DNA from: Octopus sinensis
Lineage: Eukaryota
Assembly (NCBI RefSeq): GCF_006345805.1
Contig: NC_043016.1
Location: 15,996,001-16,060,000 of the forward strand
Direction: 5' to 3'
DNA length: 64,000 bases
Shown: positions 52,601-64,000 of the stretch, in pieces
Layout of the letters: the number at the start of each line of letters is the position of its first letter
Numbering within the stretch: position 1 is the stretch's first letter
Notes under the pieces: generated by a model
The model's database searches: none
What the model was told of the DNA's origin: nothing
Seen by the model: only the letters and a program-made list of their open reading frames with translations
Translations under genes and position numbers: made by a program

Positions 52601-55478
52601 TGCTTGTGTTTACACGTGCGCCACAGAATATAGCGAAAAAACACCAAATATAAAGATTACATGACTCACAATACGGATGCGATTTTGTCATAGTCTATTT
52701 TTATGTTGGCCTGTCAATTTGTATTGTCTGTCTAATTAGTGGCACTGCTACGTGGCCCTCGTTAGTAAATAAAGGGGAAATCCTCGTTATCCTAATTACT
52801 GCACATTAAAATAATAAAAACGACTGCTGTAGAATATTCAAATCTAGAGCTAAAAGAACTAACAAACCAATCCCTCATACCATTATTGTAAGAAACAATA
52901 GAAAGTGTAATGTTATGAAGAACGAATTCCATGATGAAACACATATTTAGTAACACTTGGAGTATTTTGAATATGGAATAATAATGATTAGAAGAGGAGC
53001 CAGGCAAACAGTGTTTTTGTTTCATACTGTTATATATATATTGTGTATGGGTCACTTAATCTTTTAGATACAGTAAACTATGGACTGTTTAGAAACAAAA
53101 ACTATAAACTGAGAAGGGGAGGAACGAGGTTTTCAAAGTTGCATGAATAACGAGAGAGAGAGGGAGAGAGAGAGAGATATGCAAGGGGAAGACAGAGGAG
53201 AGAAAGAAGAGAGAAGCAGGGAGGAGAGAGAGGAGGAAAATATGAGGAGTGGCGGTGGTCGCGATGATGCTTCACTTCTATTTTGGGTTTATGGTAAAAA
53301 TCAAAAGAATTTAGTAGAATTTTAATTTCATGAAATTGAATGGGGAAGGGAAAATACATATTTAGCAGTAACTAAAGTAATTAGATAGACAGATAGCTAA
53401 AAGACATAGAAGAACCCCGAACCGCACACACACACACAAATGCAAAAAAAACTGACTATGTAAGCAATATTTCTTTTTATTTATTTCATGTGGTTAGAAG
53501 AAGTTTTTTTTTCCTGCTGATCTTGTTTATATCGCAGTCAACGTAAATGCTTTTTGGTTTGGTGTGTGAAGGAGAGAAGGGAAGAAGTACTTAATTCTTT
53601 CGAGATCTTGACAAATATATCCGGTATCAGCAAAAAGCTAGCAACAATCTCTCAGTAAGCATGCATGTGTATATGTATGAGTGTGTGCATGCATACACAT
53701 ACATACATGCACGCATACACATATTTATATATATACATATATATACACATATACACACATTTACATTGTAATGTACTAACTACACCATACTCTTAAGAAG
53801 TGATAATGGCAAGATGTTAATAATAATTTTCCTTGACTGTACTAGAACTGCTTTGTAAGGAGGAGTGCAGGTACCCGACAACCTGGTGAGATGAAAATGA
53901 GAATAAAAAAAATAGCACACGGCAGGTTTTGAACTTAGAAAGTAGATAACAAAGACGAATCTACAATTCCTGCTGACAAAAATAATAACGATTTGTTACT
54001 TTATTTTTTTTTTGCTACAAGAACAACAGAAATATAATACATTAAGATACATTTAACTTCAAAAAGAAATCAAAGAACAGTAAGTTGACATTAGAAACAT
54101 CAGAATACCTTAACTTGCATTCTACATTCCAGAGATGAAACTTCAACAGGAATGACAGTCATTTATCCCTCCCACCCCGTTACAAAGTACCTGTCATGTA
54201 TCGGGGTCCTTCAATATAGGGTGGATCAACTACAATTATCTTTCTTGTAATAAATCATTGTCATTTTCACTTTACTATGAGAGAACACAAAAAAGTGTTC
54301 TCTAATGAAATTCAAACCACAGATTTAGCTAACAGAAAAGTGGTTAACAGAATAACTAATGATGGTGTATAAACTTTTTTTTATACATCTTAAAGGGTAA
54401 GTGTGATTTAAATGGCTAAAAGGAGACTAGGAGGAGTAAACAACACGCGCAAAAATGCCCTCACAAAAGTTACAAAATTTGGAGAGAAGCAAAGAGGATG
54501 TAGCGTCGTTGATGCCTATGGATGAATAACATGTTAAATAAAAAGGCATGATAGTATAAACAAAAGGCGCCTGTTGCCTTTATCGCCCTCACAGTTTCAT
54601 TTCAAGAATTTCTAATTCCGCTTCCTCACTTTCACTAAAACCAAAACCAAAACAAAACCCCCCAAAACAAAAAGTTGTCTAAACTATGGCGTGAGGAATA
54701 TAAGGTACGATGTAACCTTTTACACCTCACAAACCATTAATAATAGTTCCTGCATGAGTGATTAGTATCATATTAAGAATATTCATCGTAAAGTACTGGA
54801 CATGGTAGAGTGAAGGCATTTGTCAGAAAAACTCATCTCTCAACACATACATATGGGTATGTGTATACATACACACGTGTGCATCCATCCATATATATAT
54901 ATATATAGTGTAAAGAAAGAAATGTGCCTATGTGTGTGTGTGTGTGTCGCCAGATGAGGGAGTTCACGTCAATCTTGGAGAAAGAGAAGTGAAAAAAAAA
55001 AAACTTTGCGAAATATCTGTCAGATGGAAGTAGGATGGAGAGACAAGGAACAAGTGACCGGCAAAGATGGAAGGAACTCACTGTCCGATATTCCCGAGGA
55101 TATTCTAAACCACACACACGTGTGTGTGTGTGTGATTTAAAATAAACAGAGAAATTACTAAAAAGTTAGCAAATGGAAAGTTTTAAAGTGTGTGTATGTG
55201 TCTGTATTATATATATGTTATAATTTCTAAATCTCTCACTCACTCACACACCCACAAACATGCATATATAAATACATATATTTACATATGTATATGCGTA
55301 TTTAAGAGTATTTATACAATTATGTATATAATCAAACATACCAAGCAACAAAAAGAAAATAATAATCATGCAATGAAAACAGTGAAGAGCTTTGTACATT
55401 GATTTAGACAAGAATTTAAAAAAACCCAGTTTTTATAATGAATAATTTAAGAAATAAGTTTGCTTAATGTTTACTTAC

Positions 55479-55681
55479 TCCAAAGCATCCAAGTCAGACT
55501 CGGTAAGAGCAGCGGAACCGTTTATATCAGCATCATTATAAAGAGTAGAAAAGTTGGCAATTGTTGTGCTGGACGTGACAGGTAGATTGGGGTTTGCCGG
55601 TTCCAAGAGTAAAGGGTCATTTAGGAACTGTTCTAAATTAGTAGAACTGCTGGGATACACGTCTTCTTCGAACTTGTCCAT
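55479..55681 (-). CDS. PPP4R4: Probable first coding exon of PPP4R4 (divergent acidic/Ser-Thr-Pro N-terminus)
   Basis: ATG with an in-frame upstream stop, 67 protein-like codons (MDKFEEDVYP...LTESDLDAL) and a strong GA|gtaagt donor. Its phase 2 fits the downstream exons, and it lies in the CpG-retaining region. No clear homology, so the linkage is inferred. Confidence 0.6.
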
Positions 55682-57599
55682 CTCAAGAAAAAACCCATTA
55701 AAGTATCAGAGAATTAACCTTTTACTACAAATGGTTAATGAAAATAGAAAGAGAGAGAGGCGAGTGGGAAAGGATGAAGTGTGAGAAATGGTAGAGCGAT
55801 GCAGGAACCATGAAAGCGGGACTTGAAATATTAAAGAGAAAAGAAGAAATGGCTTTTTATAAATAACTTTTGACAATAAATGTGTGTGTGTGTGGAAATG
55901 TGGACACCAGTTGATAATAATAAGACTCCGGTGAAATAGGTGTCGGCAACGGCGGTTTGTTACCAATAAAGTGACATCGGGGGAAGTCGACGATGAGAAG
56001 AATGTAAAAAGTTGTGTGACTTTGGGGAAGAAATTTGCGGGAGACGAACGTCAGAATTGTTATTGTGATACTGTAGAGTTGGCAGCACCCAAGCCCTACT
56101 TTCGTACGAAAACAGAGAAAGAGAGAGAGTTGCACTTTACGCGATTCGCTTCCTACACACACACACACACACACACACACGAGCGCATTTTTATTTAATT
56201 TACGTTTTGGTCACTAATAAAAAAAATAGAAAAAAAAAGTGTACGCGCGCGCTCGCACACATTTATAGATATTCTGCGCCAAGGTTTTCGTTACCTTGTT
56301 TCTTTCTCTCCTTTCACCATTAGAACACACTTTTTTTTAAACATTCACATCAGCAATAATAAATAGGCATCAGTTATGCACACACACACTAATAAACGTA
56401 TCTTTAGGCAGATATACGAAAAATACAAACAAATGTAAGCACGCCAATGAGAGGATTTCTATAGGGTCACTGGATCTGCTAGAAACAACAGCTAAATTTC
56501 TCAACTCAGATCAGGGAAACGACCTCAAACAAAACAAAGACGCATTGCACAATATACTCCCGGATATATAAAAGGGGATAGTCGTATTTTTAAAATTTTA
56601 TTTTATCTAGTTTCAGCTCACGAGCTGTGGCCATGCTGGGGCACCGCCATTAAGTATCTGGAGTTTTTTTTTTGATAATAAGTTTATCTTAATTGGAACT
56701 CATCTAGAGTGAAATACAAACTCAAATATTTATATACATTTGTGTATACATGTGCGCACAAATATATGCATGTGTATGATATATATGTTGGTACATATAA
56801 GATGAAGCGATGCATCTAGAGCAGCAGTACTCGCCCCTTTCTTGCTTGTAGCTCACTGCCATTGGGTGCCCCATGTGGCGAACCGAGAAGCAGCCTGATG
56901 CGAAAATCCTCTCAGCAAAAGACACAAACTCTTCAGAGGCATCCCGCAGCCGTTAATGGCAGATCGATGCCTTGCGACTCCGGATTAACTTGCTAGGTAT
57001 CTCGGAACAGACATACGGTGGCACAATGTGCAGGACTACCCTGGTGGATATGCCCTGGCATTGCCTTGTAGCTGAGTCCAGGAAGACCAAGACTAGAGGA
57101 TTATACTGTGATAGGAGAAAAAAAGCAATGATGGTCTTTCGGCGGTGTCTAACAGCCTGGATTTATTGGCAGCCTCTTGTGGCCGAGAGGAGGTGCCAAT
57201 CATTTTCCATTTACCTAGACTCTGGGTCTATATATTTCAAGGTAAACATAGTGATATTAGGAATTCTGCAACATGAATTCTGGATCGCTAAAAAGCCTGG
57301 CAGCGTAAAAACGTTTGGTAACAAGAGCAGTTCTGAGTATACGTAAGCTTCTAACCAGAACTCTACACGTAAGGTGTACAGTGTAATAGCCATTAGTAGC
57401 TTATCCACGGATCTCTTAGAGAACCCTGTCTATAAATGTCTATGCTTAGCCCATTTGAGAAAGGGCCTAGAAAACGCGCTAAATATTGTTCGCTGGCATT
57501 TCTTCCGAGAGGAATCTGAAACTGCACGGACAGACCACATGATAGTTGAAAAACGACCAAACAAAACTTTCTTGTTCGTTATCCACCTACTCTCGTAAC

Positions 57600-58000
57600 C
57601 AGTAAGCTGAGACAATGTAGTGAGATCAGGGTAATTGGGAGAAAGGTTCTCTCAATGAAGTTAGTGGTGGTTAGACTTTATTCTGGAGGGGTTAATCCAA
57701 AGGTGGACATCACCAACATGGCATTGGCTTTGCTGTGAGAAATACTCTGTTGTCTAAACTGATAGCGACACCACTTGGCATTTATCATGTGGCTAAATAT
57801 CATGTGTCTATCATCTAAAAATCAAAACAACTCAGGATTCAACAGCGCAGAATTTTAATAACTTATAGCTCGGAATCGACTCAAGCCAAGAGTGGAATTT
57901 GCTAGACGGAAATCTGTTGGAAGGAATATTCTTAATCTCAGAATCCATTAGAAAGTTATGAGAACATCACCACCACCTGGGCTCCCAAATGTCTCCAAGT
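57600..58000 (+). mobile_element. RTE-type AP endonuclease remnant
   Basis: EGSLNEVSGG*TLFWRG*SKGGHHQHGIGFAVRNTLLSKL..TPLGI resembles the RTE/BovB motif EGSL.E..GYTFFW.G....R.HGVGFAI. The GC-richer 56800-57600 stretch may be its 5' part. Confidence 0.7.
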
Positions 58001-60672
58001 GGAGTCTATTCTGATGATAGTGTTCAACTCTCCGGAGGGACGGCAATCTTGGAGATTCTGAAAACAGTCACGGGTCACTGCCAAAGTCGTAAATAAAATA
58101 AACAGAATATTCAAGTCGAGATTGTTTTTTTTTTTCTCGTTAGAGCAACAGTAACTAGAGATAAGTATTGATCGACTAACCCACGAACATGTGTAGATTT
58201 ATGTGTTTAAGTGTGTATGTGTAGGTATGAGTGTAGAGGTGAATGTGTAGGATGTGTGTGGGAGCGTATGCACTAACATAGCTAGAGTGTGTGCCGTCCA
58301 GGGCGGGCCTTCCGTCCGCCGCTCCCGGACCCCACAGAAAACACATTGTCTACAGCGGACCCAAAAGTGCAGCTCGGAGCACTTTTGTGCGTGCGTGCGC
58401 GCACCAATATTTAACCACAACCGAATGTTTAAACGCGCTGTCCTAAGTTCTATCCCACTGCTTGGCAACGTGGACAAGTTGTCTTTTACAATTCTTTGGA
58501 TACTTGTGTAGAAGCGTACCGGATGGAAGTACCCATAATTCTAGAACCTAGCCTTGCCATTCGTTGTTACCTTGATTAAGATGGAATTTAAATATTCTTA
58601 ACGTCTGTCAAATACTCACTGTACCTGTAATTCTAGGATTTAGCTTTATCAGGCCGAAACATCCCAAGTATTATATAAGAGATTAAAGGATATAAATATG
58701 TGCAATATTAATCCATTTTCACTGTAATTCAATTCGAAAAATCGATATTTCTGCAGATCGAACACTGACTTACTCTTCGTCGACAGCGACGCGAGCGATC
58801 CAGCACGCGCCTATGCGCATGTATGTGTGTGTGTGTGTGTGTGTGTGTGCGTATGTGTGAGTGTGTGTGTCTGAACGTGTGCATGTGTGTGTGTAAGATT
58901 TCAGACTAACATGCTAACCAGCCAGCCAGTCGGCCGGCCAACCAGCCAGCTTGTTCTTATCTCATTTCCTACGTCTCATCAGATATCGGTTGCTTTCTTA
59001 CAGTTCTCCAGAGAACAGCTGCTTCGGGATCATTGATTCGCTCATCTGCACTCGGTAACCCCCCATCCCCATCAATTCCACCCATTTTTGCTGCCACTTG
59101 TTCACTTTATTTCCCAACCACCAACACCACCACACACACACACGCATATCTCCCATGTTACGGAAGCGTTGCGCTTTTGGTAATCTTGCCCTTTCGACTG
59201 TAATTTTCCCCTCTTATTTGCCTTCGCGTACACCCGCATTCATACACGCACGCACACACCACACAACATATACACATTTATCTCACCCGCGTTACAGAAT
59301 TATGTTCTTGAAAAATCTTCCTCTGACGTGAAGCTCGCTAAGACGAAATCTAATCATCGACCTCCAAGTTATAAAAGAAATCAATGTGAGAATGTATTTC
59401 GCGTTACGGAGCTTCTTATTTAAAAAAATAAATAAACGCTTCTGTAACGTTGGGCGCGCGTGTGCGAAATATGTCTCAAAATATGGCAACATCCAGAGAT
59501 TTGTGGTTTATTGTCCTGTCTGTCTCCATTTAAATTGTCGCACCAAATCGACTACCCCAGCATACAAGTATTACTCAGAAATATACCTGACTCAATCCTT
59601 ATTTCGGAGTGTGTATCATTAAATTTTAAAACAAATTAACACCTATATTGTTATGATTCTGCAAAAGAACGCAATTGTTATGAAGAAAAATTTTAATTGA
59701 TGAATTCTTCAACGACTTATACATGTAACTTAAGGAACACAGAAAGTAGCGGAATATCATTCACCATCGGTCCTTCTTTACCATTTGTCCATTATTTCGC
59801 TATCTACCTAATTCATTATATCATTTTACATGTAAAATGTAATGTTGAGAGGGATGGTATTCTTTCGATTTATGATCACAAAAAGGGGAAATACCCGAAT
59901 GACGTGTCGAATAGCCCACCTCTTCGGCTTTTAATTTTTCTACAAAATTTCTTCGGATTCCTAGCCTTTTCAACCCCAGCGACAATTTTTTCTTTGCATG
60001 GGGATCCTCCCCCACTACACGAATACGCATCGACTTAAGAATATAAGGTAAAAGGATGAGTGATTCAACGATACAAAAAAAAAACAAGAAATAATTCATA
60101 ATTTCAATCTTTTAAGGCCAATAGTTTGACGATAATTTTCCGTTTCCAGTGTGCTTAATATTTTATAGTGAATTTACCATCGTTAGTGGGTGCGCCATGT
60201 ACCCTTCTCAGTCTGAATATAGGCCAGAGAAACCATCCCGTTTCACCAGACTATAGACGTACTCAAAAATAATGCTACTGTTGCTTTAACTCAGGTCAAT
60301 ACCCTTCTGGCATTGTTAGAGTTATGACCAAAGACGTACCATCCGTGACAATACAGTTCTTTTTGTGGTACTTCACATTTTTCACTGCGGTAGGGGAGTG
60401 ATCTGAAAGTTGGATATTATTTGTAGCAGGTCCAGTGACGACTACGTAAGAGGTCTCTTCATCGCCTTCGATTATCGTTTAGTCCCAGTTCGGCCCTGAA
60501 TGAAGAAGTGATCAAAATCCATCTAATCATGGCTTTGTGTGTGTGTGTGTGTGTGTGCGCGAAGTGAGGTGAGTGAGGTTTTTTTGTACGGCAGAAATGG
60601 CGTTTGTATATATATAAGGTGTGCATGATACGAGTGTGTGATGTATATGAGGTATATGTGAATGTGTGAAAC

Positions 60673-60833
60673 GTGGATAAGTGGTTAGAGTATTCGACTC
60701 AAGATCATAAGGTCGTCGGTTCGATACCTCGCGGCGCATTGTGCCCTTCAACAAGACACTTTATTTCACGTTGCTCCAGTCCGCTCTGCTGGCAAAACTG
60801 AGTTGTACCTGTATTTGAAAAGCCCAGCCTTGT

Positions 60834-60864
<31 letters not shown>

Positions 60865-61010
60865 TGACGTGCTGAATCTCCTTGAGAACAACGTTACGGG
60901 TGCACGTGTTTGTGGAGTGCTCCAAACACTTGCACGTTAATTTCACGAAAAGGATGTTCCGTTGATCGGATCAATTGGAACACTCAACGTCGTAACCGAT
61001 GGAGTGCCAG
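60673..61010 (+). mobile_element. tRNA-derived SINE sharing its 3' half with 37393-37757
   Basis: A box gtggataagtgg, B box ggttcgatacc. Shared tail tgtacctgtattt...ccttgtcac...gctgaat...cacgttaatttcacga...gttccgttgat...cgtcgtaaccga.ggagtgc. Confidence 0.75.
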
Positions 61011-61129
61011 TTGTGAGATGTCAGATGTCGGGTGTTATGTATCTGTGTGGATGTGTGTAGTGTGAAGAGTGTGAAGTGTGTGTGTGTGTGTGTGTAAAGT
61101 GTCAGCTATGTAAATGCTTGTGTATATAT

Positions 61130-61520
61130 ATATTAGCGAGGAGGGAAGCTAAAAGAAAAAAAAGCGAAAGAGATTGTGCGAGAAACTGCACCAGAGAGAG
61201 AAGCAATAAAGATAATGTGAGAAATATGGGGAGAAAGTGAGAATAATAATGAGAGAGAGAGGATTGAAAGAAAGTGAGAAGTGTGAGAAACAAAGGGAAA
61301 AGTGAGTGATAATGAAAGAGACAGAACAAAGAGAGAGTGAAAGAAAGGGAATAAAGATAATGTGAGAAATATGGGGAGAAAGTGAGACTGATAATGAAAG
61401 AGACAGAGCAATGCGAGAGAGAAAGAGAGAGAGAGAGAGAGAGGGAGGGAGGGAGAGAACGAGTGAAGCTAGAATTATGGTGAGAAAATCATTGCCAAAG
61501 AGAAAGGAAGAGAAGAAGAG
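61130..61520 (+). repeat. Purine-rich low-complexity tract with a duplicated ~45-bp unit
   Basis: aataaagataatgtgagaaatatggggagaaagtgaga occurs at ~61205 and ~61350, among (GA)n runs. Confidence 0.7.
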
Positions 61521-64000
61521 AGTGTGAGAACGACATGTCACGTGATTAAAGGACAACGAAGCAGACGACATGAAACATCAAATGAGACAAGAAAGGGATT
61601 AATACAATTGTTATTGTCTGTCTGTCATGTTTCCTTTTCTGCAATGTCATATTTGTATTGTCAATCTGATGTACCAAAACTTAAATATACACAGAAAATA
61701 TGAAAGAGAGAAGAGATGTTTGCCTGCGGTTGACAGGACACGCAGTGACCCTCATAAATCGAGTGTGACAGAGGAGAGGTCGGATAGAAGAAGCCTCTGT
61801 GGTGTCTAGAAATAGCAATCAATTTCCCTGAAGTCACTTTATTCAATGTCTCTAAATGAGTGGGGGATACCTAATAGACTGGGATATGTTTCTAAATAAA
61901 TAAAATGTTGAGAAGGATTAAAAAAAAACAACAACTCTAATGTAATATTTGGCGAAGAATAATGCTTTATTTTATTGCGGCAATAAAAAAAAAAAGAAGC
62001 TCGATGAAAAATGTGAAAACAGAAAGAGAAGAGTCAATATCTATGATTCCCATGAATAAGCGATATAAAATGAAACGTATGCGACTGGGAATAGAAACCG
62101 ACTGATTCCCCACTGCTCTGTAGAAACTTGTTAGGTCCTTGTTTCTTGTATTTTAATACAGTAAAGTAAGGAAGGGTAGCGGTCACGGCTACTTATTTTT
62201 TCAGGACTTCCGAGACTGATGGGGAGGAAGGGAGAAAGTTACCCTCTAACCAGAGGAGACCTGGCCCATTTGCAACAGAGAATGCCTCTTACTCCTCTCC
62301 GAAAGGACCACGAGGTTGTGTCAGATTGGATGACGGTCAAAGTCTTCCACTTGGGAATTCAAACGCAAAGAACCAAAACAAATACACTACCATTCCATCG
62401 TCCAGGATCGATACTTTATTTTATCGACACTCAAAACAGGTGAAAGGCAAAATTGTCTTGGTGCCATTTGAACTCAGTGTGTAGAGAATTGGAACAAAAG
62501 CCGAATACTGCTTTCTCTGGTACACAACTTCACGCGTGTATGGGGCAGTGTAACGTAGTGTCGATTAAATACGATCCCAGCACATGACTGGTACTTATGT
62601 CATCAACAACGCGAAAAAAGGTTTAAAGTAAATTCGACGCCAACAGGATTTTAACCAAGAACGTAGAAGAGTAATTCTTAAAACTGTCAAGCAATCTATT
62701 CAGTACTATCGTCATGGCTAGTATTTCCCCTTTAAATATATTTTTTAAAAATTTCAAATTTTGGCACAAGGCCAACAGTTTAAGAGGGAGGAGCTTAATC
62801 GATTACATTAATACCAGTACTTGACTGGTACTTAATTTTATCGACCCGAGAAAGATGAAAGACAAAGTTAACCTCAGCGGGGATTTGAACTCGGAGTACA
62901 ATAAGTCAGAAGAGATGACGCTGAACATATTGTCCAACACTCTGATCCTGTCAACTCGCTGCCTAATTAAACGAAGTTTTAATTACTTTTAAATAAGCAC
63001 AAGACCAAATATGGAAGGAGTGAAGTATTTAGATTTACTGTCACCCGCCCTTCCTCTAGTATAATGGATGGAAAGTTATGTCGCCTTCAACAGAATCTTA
63101 GATACGATGATTGTAGAGAACCCAAACCGATTTCCAGTGTATTAAATGTGATAGCATTCCTAAGTAAATAAATAAAGATCAAATTTGAAATAAAGTTTGT
63201 ATTTTGTAGGAATCTGAAGAATCTAATGTTTTCAGAACTGGTCCCAACTTCTGTTTTTCCTCTTTCAGACATGATCAGTCTTTCCCAAAATAATGTCACA
63301 TTCCTCTCTTCCCGTCACATACAAACTTATACAAATATATCCATGAAATTAGCTGAATAATTTTAGCCGATGCTGATTTCATGGAGTCCTTTTATTTTTC
63401 TCTTTTAAATAAATAAAAGATCACCTTAATAAGGTAAAGAGCGTCGTTGTTGACACCAAACTACAACCCTCATACAAACATTCCACCACCATCACTACTA
63501 CTACTACAACAACAACAACAACAACAACTACTACTACTACTTTCTTTGGTGCGAACTCTACGAAGCAAAAGGTAAAGATTCTTCTCAACCAAAATACTCG
63601 AAACAGTTGCAATAAATGAATGTGTGTATAAGTTGACTTGGAGGTGTTTAAAAGAAACGTTAACCGCAATCTTACGGCCGGCCCTCGGACGGTTTGTGAT
63701 GACTATAGACACAAAAGGATTCGATGAGAGGACATAAAAGGGTTCTTTGAGAGGGGATTCCAGCAAGTAGTAAAATCGTACAGGGAGTCGGAAATATTCT
63801 AGGATCCGTTTGGCTGCCAAGATTTTAAAAAAAGCTTATTGAAAATTTTAAAACTGAGTACATTAATGTAGTTTTTCCAAACTAAATTGCTGGAGATATT
63901 TCACTTTTTCCAGAAATTAAAAAAAAAAGTTATAGAGGTTTAAAGTTTGATCCTTTTCACCCAGTCAAGAAAAAGGATCTGAAAGCTGTCATTTTGTGCG

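Noticed and set aside
58965-58982. CUGAUGA...GAAA on the minus strand
   Set aside because: The intervening GACGUAG cannot form stem II, and there is no stem III or NUH triplet.
59004-59054. Possible plus-strand small exon (ttcttacag ... g|gtaacc)
   Set aside because: Weak donor, no supporting exons or coding signal.
62205-62443. Plus-strand 74-aa ORF after an acceptor-like ttttttcag
   Set aside because: It runs into a SINE, with no donor, homology or partner exons.

Overview
Eukaryotic, AT-rich, microsatellite- and repeat-dense DNA. The repeat families look like Octopus/coleoid cephalopod; this is an inference. The window holds the 5' part of one minus-strand gene that I recognise, by recalled similarity to the human protein, as PPP4R4 (PP4 regulatory subunit 4, HEAT-repeat). 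Six clearly homologous coding exons lie at 12186-12291, 9290-9437, 4278-4350, 1431-1537, 790-897 and 137-381, and the gene continues off the left edge. A probable first coding exon sits at 55479-55681 and a candidate 36-nt exon at 16552-16587, giving a ~39-43 kb first intron. The 4278-4350 exon is 1 nt too short to keep frame. The introns contain SINEs, RTE LINE fragments, Tc1/mariner, hAT and piggyBac-like MITEs, a Penelope-like relic and a CpG-decayed tRNA-Arg copy. The most interesting signals are an apparently intact minimal hammerhead ribozyme (17344-17386, minus) plus degenerate hammerhead-like motifs, a 1.9-kb foldback element with modular arms, several other long inverted repeats in intron 1, and a CpG-poor to CpG-rich transition near 44-46 kb. 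All alignments and counts were done by eye; no searches were run.
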